From Candidatus Enterousia sp. (lineage in GTDB: Bacteria > Pseudomonadota > Alphaproteobacteria > Rs-D84), in the NCBI GenBank assembly GCA_045613925.1, contig JAZLBV010000011.1, positions 73,632-137,631 on the forward strand: a stretch of DNA of 64,000 nucleotides, written 5' to 3'. Positions 48,593 to 57,547 of this stretch are shown here, piece by piece. The position numbers were made by a program, and so were the translations under genes. Within the stretch, counting starts at the first letter, position 1. Each line of letters begins with the position of its first letter. The notes below the pieces were generated by a model. It made no database searches. It was not told the origin of the DNA and saw only the letters and a program-made list of their open reading frames with translations.

Positions 48593-50173
48593 ATGAATAT
48601 GTATCAAAAATTAGAAAATGCGGCGAATCAATGGCCAGAAATGATGTTTCTTGTTCGCGAAGGTGTGTCGTATTCACAATTCATAGAACAAGTTCGTGCC
48701 AGGGCAGCAACTTTGCGTGATGCTGGTGTTAAGCACGGTGATATTGTTGGAATTTTGTCGCATAATTTACCTCAGTTTCCTTTAACTTTGTTTGCAGTAT
48801 GGTATTTAGGCGCGACTGTGTTAATGCTTGATACGAATTTAACACCGTTTGAATATGACAAAATGTGTGAAATCGCGGGGTGTAAATTTGTATGTGCGGA
48901 ACCGTCGTTTTTCTATAAAACCGACAAATTTAAATTTTTTGATATAACACGCAAAGATGGTGATATAGATTATGATTTAAGACCATATCCATCTGAATCT
49001 ACAGATGTTGCGACTATGTCATTTACTTCGGGGTCAACCGGTACGCCAAAGGTTGTGCCATTGACACACTTTAATTTGACAGAATGTGCAAATTCTTTGG
49101 AAGATATGGCAGAATATTATCATTCTGGCGATATTATGTATGGATTTTTGCCACTTTATCATATATTCGGGTTTGCGATTGGTATTTTGGCAACTATTCA
49201 TTTCGGTGGTGGAATTGTTTTACAACCGACAATCAATCCTAAATATATTTTGGATGATTTTAAGACATTTAAACCACATGTCATTCCTGCCGTGCCACGT
49301 ATTTGGGAATTATTCCGAAACAAAATTATTGATGGTATGAAACAACAAAGAAAATGGCGTGTTGCTTCGTTTATTTTGAATAACCAAAAAACATTGAAAG
49401 ATATGGGGTTAGATTTCTTTGTGCGCAAAGTTCAAGAACCATTACTTGAAATATTTGGTGGTCGTGCGCGTTTGTTGATTGCAGGAGGGGCTGCGACAAA
49501 ACCCGAAGTTGAAAATTTCTATGAATCACTTGGTCTGGCATTTATCCAGGGTTATGGTTTAACAGAAACTGTTGGACCAATTTGTATTTCTAAACCGACC
49601 AGCAAGCGTTTGGCATACTCAGTTGGTGGGCCAACATCAAATAATGAATGTGAAATTCGCGACAAAGATGAAAATGGTGTTGGTGTTTTGTGGCTGCGTG
49701 GACATCAGGTGTTTGGTGGTTATTTGAATAATCCAGAAGTTAATGCCACAGTGTTTGATGACAAAGGTTTCTTTAATACTGGGGATATGGTTTATATGGA
49801 TAAAAATGGCGAATTGCATTTTGCGGGCCGTAAAAAACAAGTAATTGTTTTGGATTCTGGGAAAAATGTTTATCCTGATGAATTAGAAGCGTTATTTATG
49901 GAAATCGATGGTGTTAAAAATGTAGCTGTGTTTGAACACAAGGTTAATGATAAAACCGTCACATACGGCGTATTCCAGGTTTCACCAGAAATGACGATAG
50001 AAAAATTGGGTGCTGAAATTGCAAAGCAAAATAAAAAGGTTGCATCGTATAAATGGGTGACACATTATGCAATAACTACCGAAGATTTGCCGATGACCAG
50101 TACACAAAAGGTTAAACATCATATGGTTCGTCAAAATCTTATTGAAGGTAAATATCCTATTAGAAAAGAATAA
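48593..50173 (+). CDS. AMP-dependent synthetase/ligase, FadD-like (paralog 3 of 3)
   Basis: Same motif set (SFTSGSTGTPKVVPLTH). RBS AAAAAGGA before the ATG at 48593. Confidence 0.8.
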   Translation: MNMYQKLENAANQWPEMMFLVREGVSYSQFIEQVRARAATLRDAGVKHGDIVGILSHNLPQFPLTLFAVWYLGATVLMLDTNLTPFEYDKMCEIAGCKFVCAEPSFFYKTDKFKFFDITRKDGDIDYDLRPYPSESTDVATMSFTSGSTGTPKVVPLTHFNLTECANSLEDMAEYYHSGDIMYGFLPLYHIFGFAIGILATIHFGGGIVLQPTINPKYILDDFKTFKPHVIPAVPRIWELFRNKIIDGMKQQRKWRVASFILNNQKTLKDMGLDFFVRKVQEPLLEIFGGRARLLIAGGAATKPEVENFYESLGLAFIQGYGLTETVGPICISKPTSKRLAYSVGGPTSNNECEIRDKDENGVGVLWLRGHQVFGGYLNNPEVNATVFDDKGFFNTGDMVYMDKNGELHFAGRKKQVIVLDSGKNVYPDELEALFMEIDGVKNVAVFEHKVNDKTVTYGVFQVSPEMTIEKLGAEIAKQNKKVASYKWVTHYAITTEDLPMTSTQKVKHHMVRQNLIEGKYPIRKE

Positions 50174-50184
50174 TTATATTTAAT

Positions 50185-50220
50185 TTATAAACACCGCCCA
50201 ATTGGGCGGTGTTTTATTTT
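50185..50220. terminator. bidirectional intrinsic terminator between ligase 3 and mnmE
   Basis: ACACCGCCCAATTGGGCGGTGT hairpin with a flanking A-run and T-run. Confidence 0.6.
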
Positions 50221-51506
50221 CCCAAACAAAGTTGTGAAAATGTCATATCGGCGATTTCGTTGGTTGTGATTACGCCCAATATTTTTCCTATGGCGTCGGC
50301 GCCGTGGCGGACGTGTTCTGAAAATATATCATAATTGTCGTTCGATTTATCGATTGCGTTTTGCAATTCGGTGATTGCGTCTGATAATAATTCAAATGTG
50401 CGTTCGTTGATTGCAACACGTGATTCAGAACCAGACATCAATTCATACATTTTTTGTTTTATTGCATTTAATAAAATATCAAATCCATCGCCATTTGCAG
50501 CAGATGTATAAATAACGTTTTTGTTTGTTTTATTTTTTATCAAATCAGATTTATTTACAACCGTGATTTCATTATCGTTTGTTGTCTTTGGTTCGGCGTC
50601 ATAGACGTGGATTATTAAATCTGAATTTTTAATTTCATTATGTGTGCGTTCGATTCCTATTTTTTCGATTGTGTCGTTTGAATCCCGGATTCCTGCCGTA
50701 TCGGCCAGATTTACCAGATATCCGTCGATGTCAATTTGGGTAGAAACTACGTCGCGTGTTGTGCCGGCAATATCGGAAACTATGGCACGATTTGTACCAA
50801 GTATTTTATTAAATATTGATGATTTGCCAACATTAGTTTCACCGACCAATACGATATTAAATCCGTTGCGAATTGCGCGTGTGCCACGAAATCCGTCGAT
50901 TGCAGATTTTAATTCATTTGCCAAATTTTGTGTTTCGATTTTTATTTTATCGGTAATATTTTTAGGCAGGTCATCTTCGCTATAATCCAATATAGCCGCC
51001 GCATATGCCGATATTTCAATCATTTTATTGCGCCATGTATTATAAATTTTTGAATCATTCCCTGTTAATGAACGCAGCGCGCTTTGGCGTTGTTTGTCTG
51101 TTTGTGCGTTTAATAGCGCGACCAAACCGTCTACATCGGTTAAATCCATTTTGTTATTGTAAAAAGCGCGTTTAGAAAATTCACCGCGTTGTGCAATGCG
51201 TGCGCCGTGTTTGCGTAAAAATTCAAAGATTTTTTCGATAACCGCCGGTGCGCCGTGTGAATAAATTTCGATAACATCTTCGCCTGTGAAAGAGTTGGGT
51301 GCATTGAAGAAAACAGCAACACATTGGTCGATTAAATCGCCGTTATCATCACGAAAGTTTGTGTAATATGCGTGGCGTGGTGTGAGAGATTTTTTGTTTA
51401 TTATACGTTCGAAAAGTTCTGATAAATCAGAGCCACTGATACGTACAACCGCAACACCAGATTTTCCGTGCGCGCTGGACAGGGCAAAAATAGTTTCGTT
51501 ATTCAT
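50214..51506 (-). CDS. mnmE: tRNA uridine-5-carboxymethylaminomethyl(34) synthesis GTPase MnmE
   Basis: N-terminal MNNETIFALSS..G.G..AVVRISG, GETNVGKSS G-domain, C-terminal ...CLGK. Confidence 0.9.
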   Translation of the reverse strand: MNNETIFALSSAHGKSGVAVVRISGSDLSELFERIINKKSLTPRHAYYTNFRDDNGDLIDQCVAVFFNAPNSFTGEDVIEIYSHGAPAVIEKIFEFLRKHGARIAQRGEFSKRAFYNNKMDLTDVDGLVALLNAQTDKQRQSALRSLTGNDSKIYNTWRNKMIEISAYAAAILDYSEDDLPKNITDKIKIETQNLANELKSAIDGFRGTRAIRNGFNIVLVGETNVGKSSIFNKILGTNRAIVSDIAGTTRDVVSTQIDIDGYLVNLADTAGIRDSNDTIEKIGIERTHNEIKNSDLIIHVYDAEPKTTNDNEITVVNKSDLIKNKTNKNVIYTSAANGDGFDILLNAIKQKMYELMSGSESRVAINERTFELLSDAITELQNAIDKSNDNYDIFSEHVRHGADAIGKILGVITTNEIADMTFSQLCLGK

Positions 51507-52078
51507 TATTTTTCACTTATTTCTTTTAATGCCAATGGAACCAGTTTGGCGATATCTAAATCTGGGTTTTGGGATACTAATTTTTGTGCCATATCAATTA
51601 TATCCATACGTCTATACCCCAATGATTCCAATGCAGACAACAAATCGGGCAGGGCACCAGATGTCGCATTATTTCCAAAATCAAAATTGCCGCCACCCAT
51701 TTTGTTTTTTAATTCAACTATGATTTTTTCGGCGACTTTTTTCCCAACCCCTGGGGCGGTTGCGATTGTTTTTGCATCCCCAGTTGCAATCGCGGACATT
51801 AATGTATCTGTTTTAATTGTTGACATAATGGCCAATGCAACCCGTGGGCCGACACCAGATACACCGATTAATTGATTGAATAAATTCTGGGCAGCCATAG
51901 TTGAAAACCCAAATAAACGGATGGAATCTTCACGGACTATGGTTTCTATCCAAAGCGAAACATTGTCTTTGTGTGCCAAGATTTCAGGCGTATAGACTTT
52001 GTACCCAACAGACCCCGCCATTAAAATTACATAATCGGGACCGATATAATCAATTACACCTTGCAATTTTCCAATCAT
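51506..52078 (-). CDS. ruvA: Holliday junction branch migration protein RuvA
   Basis: MIGKLQGVI...YKVY OB domain, HhH motifs (GVGPRVALAI), C-terminal domain III. Confidence 0.9.
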   Translation of the reverse strand: MIGKLQGVIDYIGPDYVILMAGSVGYKVYTPEILAHKDNVSLWIETIVREDSIRLFGFSTMAAQNLFNQLIGVSGVGPRVALAIMSTIKTDTLMSAIATGDAKTIATAPGVGKKVAEKIIVELKNKMGGGNFDFGNNATSGALPDLLSALESLGYRRMDIIDMAQKLVSQNPDLDIAKLVPLALKEISEK

Positions 52079-52128
52079 TTGTTATCCTTTTAGCATAATT
52101 TTAATATAATAAAATAAAAAGGTCAAAT

Positions 52129-52845
52129 ATGAGTGGACACAGCAAATGGCACAACATTCAACACAAAAAAGGGTTGGTTGATGCAGCACGCAGCGGTTTG
52201 TTTACTAAACTGGCACGTGAAATAACTATGGCGGCAAAATTGGGTGATAAAAATCCAGATAATAACCCAAGATTGCGTTTGGCGATTTTACAGGCGCGTA
52301 AAAATTCTATGCCTAATGATAACATTAAACGTGCGATTGAAAAGGCGTCTGGGGCGAATACTGATAATTTTGTCGCGGTAAGATACGAAGGTTATGGTCC
52401 GAATGCGGTGCCTGTTATTGTAGAAGCTTTGACCGACAATCCACGCAGAACAGTTCCGGAAATTCGTAATATTTTTGCCAAAAATGGCGGCAATATGGGC
52501 GAAGAGGGCTCGGTCGTGTTTATGTTTTCGCACGTGGGTCAGATTATGTATCCTGCATCCATTGGTAAAACAGAAGACGAAATGATGGAAATCGTTATGG
52601 AAGTAGAAGCGGACAATTTAGAAACATCCGAAGAAGGTTTTATCATCACAACAAAAACAGATAATTTTATGACTATTCAAAAGGCGTTGAACGATAAATT
52701 GGGTGAACCAGAAAATGCAGAAATAACCTGGGTACCGAATATGCCAATGGATTTAGATGACGAAAGTTATGCCAAATTGGAAAAGTTAGTGGATGCGCTG
52801 GATGATAATGATGATGTGCAGAAGGTATTCACCGCTGCCGCATAA
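52129..52845 (+). CDS. yebC: YebC/PmpR family DNA-binding transcriptional regulator
   Basis: MSGHSKWHNIQHKKG...RYEGYGP signature. Confidence 0.9.
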   Translation: MSGHSKWHNIQHKKGLVDAARSGLFTKLAREITMAAKLGDKNPDNNPRLRLAILQARKNSMPNDNIKRAIEKASGANTDNFVAVRYEGYGPNAVPVIVEALTDNPRRTVPEIRNIFAKNGGNMGEEGSVVFMFSHVGQIMYPASIGKTEDEMMEIVMEVEADNLETSEEGFIITTKTDNFMTIQKALNDKLGEPENAEITWVPNMPMDLDDESYAKLEKLVDALDDNDDVQKVFTAAA

Positions 52846-52855
52846 TAAATTAAAT

Positions 52856-53060
52856 ATAATTATTCATCTGCTTGTTGTCGGCGCATTTATGTAGGTTTAC
52901 TACACTGCATTTGCCGGCAACTTCGCATCTGAACAATTCTATTTAATTTCTATAATGTGTTGTATAATTATTCATCTGCTGGTTGTCGGCGCGTTTATGT
53001 AGGTTTAATACACTGCACTTGCCGACAACTTCGCATCTTCATTGTTCTAATTCATTTCTT
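52856..53060 (+). repeat. tandem direct repeat, 2 copies x 108 bp (~90% identical), each with an internal 9-bp inverted repeat
   Basis: Unit 1 at 52856 and unit 2 at 52964 (ATAATTATTCATCTGC...). Each unit carries GTTGTCGGCG ... GCCG(G/A)CAAC inverted repeats. Confidence 0.7.
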
Positions 53061-53090
53061 AAAAACCGCCGGTTTGGCGGTTTTTATTTG
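53061..53090. terminator. bidirectional intrinsic terminator (AAAAACCGCCGGTTTGGCGGTTTTT)
   Basis: Hairpin 53066..53080 with A/T runs. A near-identical copy lies at 53745..53780. Confidence 0.6.
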
Positions 53091-53116
53091 CTTTTTAGAA
53101 TAATCATATTTATAAT
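53088..53116 (+). promoter_or_regulatory. candidate sigma70 promoter TTGCTT-17-TATAAT
   Basis: -35 at 53088..53093 and -10 at 53111..53116. A plus-strand terminator follows ~200 nt downstream (53316..53344). Confidence 0.45.
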
Positions 53117-53315
53117 AAACAGTGAATCCAATGGGAATTGGGTTCGGGTCTTTTCAAAACCCATCACGTGCGGTGTGTAATGCATCGTAATCTGATTTGC
53201 ATATGGTGCATTTGCACCGTTATGCCTGGCCGATGTTGGTCGGGTGCCGTTGTTATACAATAGGGATTTATCCTGAAAGCACGGGAACACTTACGTGATG
53301 TTTTTGAAAACGCCC

Positions 53316-53344
53316 GACCGCCATTTTATGACGGTCTTTGTTTT
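53316..53344 (+). terminator. intrinsic terminator (GACCG-loop-CGGTC + TTTGTTTT)
   Basis: Hairpin 53316..53336 followed by a T-run. Confidence 0.5.
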
Positions 53345-53356
53345 ATATAAAAATGG

Positions 53357-53737
53357 TTGGTTAACGTGGAAAAATCTGTTTGTGTACAAGGCGTCGTTTT
53401 CAAAAGAATCACAGAATGTTTTTTTGAAAAAATGGATCTGTCGAATATATTGTTTTTTATGATATCGCAATCTGGTGTATTTGACAGATGTGGTACTATT
53501 TATTTCTTTACTAAAACAGATACTTTCTTTATGAACAAACAAGATTATAACGATGGGTTCATAGATGAACTTTTGTTGTCTGTATCAAAGTGGAATTTGA
53601 TAAATGTTTATTTTTGTGATTTTTTGGTTATAAATCCAGAAATATATGATTCTTTTGTGGGGGAGTTAAGTGCACGCAATTTGCGCTATTTTTGGTTCGA
53701 AACGGCAATAGATGTTTATAAAAGTAAATATTTATAA
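53357..53737 (+). CDS. hypothetical protein (126 aa)
   Basis: ORF between two near-identical terminator hairpins. No recognisable motifs. Confidence 0.3.
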   Translation: MVNVEKSVCVQGVVFKRITECFFEKMDLSNILFFMISQSGVFDRCGTIYFFTKTDTFFMNKQDYNDGFIDELLLSVSKWNLINVYFCDFLVINPEIYDSFVGELSARNLRYFWFETAIDVYKSKYL

Positions 53738-53744
53738 TTTTTGT

Positions 53745-53780
53745 TAAAAAACCGCCGATTTGGCGGTTTTTCTTTTGTTT
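53745..53780. terminator. bidirectional intrinsic terminator (AAAAACCGCCGATTTGGCGGTTTTT)
   Basis: Hairpin 53753..53767 with A/T runs. Near-identical to the element at 53061..53090. Confidence 0.6.
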
Positions 53781-53787
53781 TTTATCT

Positions 53788-54240
53788 TTATTGATTTGCA
53801 GGTTTTTGTTCGTTTTTTGCTGCATTCATTCTTTGTTCATATAATGCTGCAAAATCAACCATTTGCAGAGCCAATGGTTGGAAACCTGATTCTGCGGTTA
53901 AACGAGTCACCAAAGCGCGAACAGATGGGAACAAGATTGTTGGAACATCAATCAATAATGTTTTACGTTTTGTTTCTTCGTCTTTTTCTTCGTATTGGAC
54001 CATGCCGGTATATGTGGATTCAATCATAAATATAGTTTTATCGTCTTTGTCCAATTTAGAATGAACACGTGTAATCAAATCAACCATATAAAGATTATTT
54101 TCAGAACCTTTGATATTAATATCGATATTTAATTCGATTTTTGCCTGGCCATTGTCCTGTTTAAAGAACAATTCTGGGACGTTTGGGCTTTCAAACGAGA
54201 TGTCTTTTAAGAATTGAGATATAATATTAAACTTTGGCAT
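53788..54240 (-). CDS. secB: protein-export chaperone SecB
   Basis: About 150 aa with SecB-like beta-sheet N-half and ...QPLALQMVDFAALYEQR helix. Confidence 0.85.
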   Translation of the reverse strand: MPKFNIISQFLKDISFESPNVPELFFKQDNGQAKIELNIDINIKGSENNLYMVDLITRVHSKLDKDDKTIFMIESTYTGMVQYEEKDEETKRKTLLIDVPTILFPSVRALVTRLTAESGFQPLALQMVDFAALYEQRMNAAKNEQKPANQ

Positions 54241-54321
54241 AAGATTTGCTCCTTTTTTTATCCTCGGTTTTATGATAATATAGCATTGAGAAATGTATTT
54301 TACAAGTGGGGGGATAATAAA

Positions 54322-55416
54322 ATGTTTTCTTTGGGTAATTTTGTAAGGTTTTTAGGTCTGTTTATAGTTGTTTTTGGTATTACAGGTTGTGATTTATCAA
54401 GTCCGCGGCACGTGGGGGATAATTCTAAAATACCGTCTAATTTGAAAGCTGTGTCATATTCATCTTTGCCGGGTTGGCGAGATGATGATGTTAGATATGC
54501 GCTTCAGGCGTTTCGTAATACGTGCAAAGCAAAGATTCAATATAATGGTTCGGTTGTTCCTGATGCGGATTTGTTGCGTGAAAAATGCAATACTTTGCCA
54601 AGCGCGTCTGCGGATGTTGCAACTGTGCGGGCGTGGTTTGAATCTAATTTCCAACCGTATCAGATTTATAATGAAAATGGTGGTAAGACCGGAACGTATA
54701 CTGGGTATTATTCGCCTGTGATAAATGGGTGCAGAACAAAAACTGCACAATGTAATGAACCGATTATGGGGGTTCCTGTGGATGGGCGAAATTACAAAGG
54801 TGTCGCAAAAAAAGATATTGTAAATAAAAAAATAGGGCGTATTTTGTATTGGGCAAATATAGTCGATGTGCAAAATCTGCAAATCCAAGGTAGTGGTATG
54901 TTAAAGTTGGAAGACGGCAAAATGGTTAAACTGAATTTTGGTGCGGTTAATGATATGCCATTTAAATCTATTGGTGGACAATTGCAGGCCAAGGGTATTA
55001 AACCAGATGGCGGATATTCTGCGGATGCTGTGTGGACATATTTAAAGAAAAATCCAAAGTTAGCAAAAGAAGTTATTTACAATAATCCACGATATGTTTA
55101 TTTCTATGAAACAGAACAAAAAAGTGTTATTGGTAAATTGGGGACGCCGCTTTCGAAAATACGCAGTATCGCGATGGATGATTCGCTGTATACGTTGGGA
55201 TTGCCCGTATACATAAATACTTCACTGTCGGATGGACGTTTGTTTAATCGTTTGATGATTGCCCAAGATACAGGTGGCGCAATACGCGGTTGGATTCGTG
55301 CAGATATATTCTTTGGTTCTGGGGATGAAGCGTATCAGGTTGCACACGGTCAACATTCCCAAGGTCAGATGTTTATTTTAATGCCTAAAGAGTATAGTTA
55401 TGTCAAACCAAGGTAA
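54322..55416 (+). CDS. mltA: murein transglycosylase A (MltA, 3D domain) lipoprotein
   Basis: Signal with lipobox ITGC. MltA N-domain (GWRDDD...ALQAFRNTC). C-terminal 3D domain (AQDTGGAIRG..RADIFFG). Confidence 0.8.
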   Translation: MFSLGNFVRFLGLFIVVFGITGCDLSSPRHVGDNSKIPSNLKAVSYSSLPGWRDDDVRYALQAFRNTCKAKIQYNGSVVPDADLLREKCNTLPSASADVATVRAWFESNFQPYQIYNENGGKTGTYTGYYSPVINGCRTKTAQCNEPIMGVPVDGRNYKGVAKKDIVNKKIGRILYWANIVDVQNLQIQGSGMLKLEDGKMVKLNFGAVNDMPFKSIGGQLQAKGIKPDGGYSADAVWTYLKKNPKLAKEVIYNNPRYVYFYETEQKSVIGKLGTPLSKIRSIAMDDSLYTLGLPVYINTSLSDGRLFNRLMIAQDTGGAIRGWIRADIFFGSGDEAYQVAHGQHSQGQMFILMPKEYSYVKPR

Positions 55417-55738
55417 AAAGCCAGATTTAAATATTCGTAAATCACGGCCCCAGACGTTGGCTGCGTCGTTCGGCGGTTTGATGGATAGTTTTGGTGTGCG
55501 GGCGTCTGATGCAGATTTGGCGATAAATTGGAAAAATATTGTTGGCGATGATATTGCAAATATTTCAAATGTTGTTGCAATACGGACATTAAAAAATAAT
55601 AAATTTAACATAGTATTGCGTCCGGTAAGTGCTGCATTTGCGCTGGAATTGTCGTATAAAGTTGATGAATGTATTAATAAGATAAATCAATATTATGGAC
55701 GCGATGCGGTTGGTAAAATAACCATTAGGAAAAAATAA
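55400..55738 (+). CDS. DUF721/DciA-like protein
   Basis: LAINWKNIVGDDIANISNVVAIR...LELSYKVDECINKINQYYG resembles the DUF721 consensus. Overlaps the ruvC start. Confidence 0.55.
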   Translation: MSNQGKKPDLNIRKSRPQTLAASFGGLMDSFGVRASDADLAINWKNIVGDDIANISNVVAIRTLKNNKFNIVLRPVSAAFALELSYKVDECINKINQYYGRDAVGKITIRKK

Positions 55739-56214
55739 TGAAACGTATTTTGGGGATTGATCCAGGGCTTTTGCATACGGGGTGGGCGATTATAGATTTT
55801 TCCGGATCAAATAGGAAATATATTGCAAGCGGTGTTATTTTGCCACCAACAAAGTTATCTTTGGCGCAAAGGTTGGCGTTTATATTTAATAATGTTTCAC
55901 AAATTTGTGATGAATTTCATCCAGATGAATGCAGTATCGAAGTTATTTTTGTAAATAAAAACGGAAAAACAACATTGCTTTTGGCACAGGCACGTTCTGC
56001 GGCAATTACAGCCGTTGCTGTGCGCGATATTCCTTTGTTTGAATATGAAGCAAACAAAGTTAAAAAAGCATTAACAGCGTCTGGGCACGCAGATAAAGAA
56101 CAGATTTATAAAATGTTGTCTGTTCTGTTGCCGACTGCACATCCAAAAACAGCGGATGAAAGTGATGCAATTGCGATTGCTTTGACCCACGCAAATACGT
56201 CCAGATTTATGTGA
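55738..56214 (+). CDS. ruvC: crossover junction endodeoxyribonuclease RuvC
   Basis: ILGIDPGLLHTGWAII, catalytic acidic residues, ~158 aa. Confidence 0.9.
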   Translation: MKRILGIDPGLLHTGWAIIDFSGSNRKYIASGVILPPTKLSLAQRLAFIFNNVSQICDEFHPDECSIEVIFVNKNGKTTLLLAQARSAAITAVAVRDIPLFEYEANKVKKALTASGHADKEQIYKMLSVLLPTAHPKTADESDAIAIALTHANTSRFM

Positions 56215-56271
56215 TTAAATTTTAGGTGTATAAAATATTTTTTATGCTATACTATGTGCCGAGGGTTTTAG

Positions 56272-57483
56272 ATGAGCAGAGAAAAATATCTTTCTATACG
56301 CAAAAACGTCAACGGATTTTCTTTTGCAAATCTGGGGTTGTTTACTGGTTTTGCAAGCGGGATTGTTAATGCGGTTTATTCTCTTACTATTCTTGGAATT
56401 TTTAAATTGTTTTTTAGTGAAGAAACTGCATCTGCCGCAGTTGGTGTATATGCTGCTCTGTATGCGTTGTTTGCGTGTGTAGTTGGGGTTTTTTCGGCAG
56501 AGATTTTGCATTGGTTTACCAAAACTAGGTTGCTTTATATAACAATGGCGACGGTTGGTGCGTGCTATGCGATGATGAGTTTTTCTGTACAACCAAATAC
56601 TTTTATAACATTGGATTATGTTTCTCAGGCGGCTTTGACACTTATCAATATTTTATTACCGCTGTTTATATCTGATTTTTCCAAAGGGGTGGGTATGGAA
56701 AAATTAAATGCGCGTTTGCATTTGTGGACAAACATTGGTGCGTTGATTGCGCCTGTGTTTGCGATGACCATAGTAAGTTATTTTAATGGTAATTACAGAA
56801 TGCCTTTCTTGGCTGCAGGTCTGATTTATTTTTCAGGATTGTTATTTTTTAAACATTTTGGAATTGTTCAAAAAGAAAAAGTTTTAAAGCGTGTGAATAT
56901 GCGTAAAACTATGCGGGCGTTGCGTATAAGTGCGTCAGTGTTTTTTAGAAAATCTGGGATGTTGCGTGCATATGTTGTGAATTTTGGATTTTATGCATTG
57001 CGATCTATGCGTCTGTTGTATGTTCCAATTGTTGTTATTGAAAATGGGTTTTCAAATGAAACTTTGGGTATTGTATTATCCATTGGTATTTTGCCGTATA
57101 TATTTATTGAATCGTTCATTGGGAAATGGATAAAAAAGTATGGTGTTAAGTTGTGGTTGACGCTGGGGTTCTTGCTTTTTGCGCTGTTTTCATTTTTGGC
57201 GACATTTGCCACAGGATATGGTTTGTTGCTGGTGTTTATTTTGTGGCAGATCCCGGGTGCTTTCATGGAAGCATCGCACGATTTGTTGTTCTTTAATGGT
57301 ATGAAAAAGAGCGAACAGGCCAAATTTTATGGTATTTTCAGAACCAGTGTGAATTTTCCAAGTGTTGTTGCGCCAATTTTGGGAACGTTGTGCATAGCTG
57401 TTTTTGGTTTAACGTCGTCTGTGTGGTTAATTACTGCAGTTGCAGGGATTTTGTCAACTATGGTTTTGTGGTCAAAGCGGTAA
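56272..57483 (+). CDS. MFS transporter
   Basis: Twelve predicted TM segments in a 6+6 arrangement. Confidence 0.7.
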   Translation: MSREKYLSIRKNVNGFSFANLGLFTGFASGIVNAVYSLTILGIFKLFFSEETASAAVGVYAALYALFACVVGVFSAEILHWFTKTRLLYITMATVGACYAMMSFSVQPNTFITLDYVSQAALTLINILLPLFISDFSKGVGMEKLNARLHLWTNIGALIAPVFAMTIVSYFNGNYRMPFLAAGLIYFSGLLFFKHFGIVQKEKVLKRVNMRKTMRALRISASVFFRKSGMLRAYVVNFGFYALRSMRLLYVPIVVIENGFSNETLGIVLSIGILPYIFIESFIGKWIKKYGVKLWLTLGFLLFALFSFLATFATGYGLLLVFILWQIPGAFMEASHDLLFFNGMKKSEQAKFYGIFRTSVNFPSVVAPILGTLCIAVFGLTSSVWLITAVAGILSTMVLWSKR

Positions 57484-57547
57484 AATAAACGCCTTGCGTT
57501 GTGTTTTTTTTCTTTGTATGATTTCAGTATAAACGAAAGGGGTTTTT

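Noticed and set aside
52856-53060. CRISPR array
   Set aside because: There are only two long (108-bp) near-identical units with no unique spacers, and no cas genes in the window.
57484-57547. LexA/SOS box upstream of recA (and of uvrB at 21780..21850)
   Set aside because: I looked for CTGT-N8-ACAG and GTTC-N7-GTTC. Only a partial TTGTATGATTTCAGTA resemblance is present, which is not convincing.
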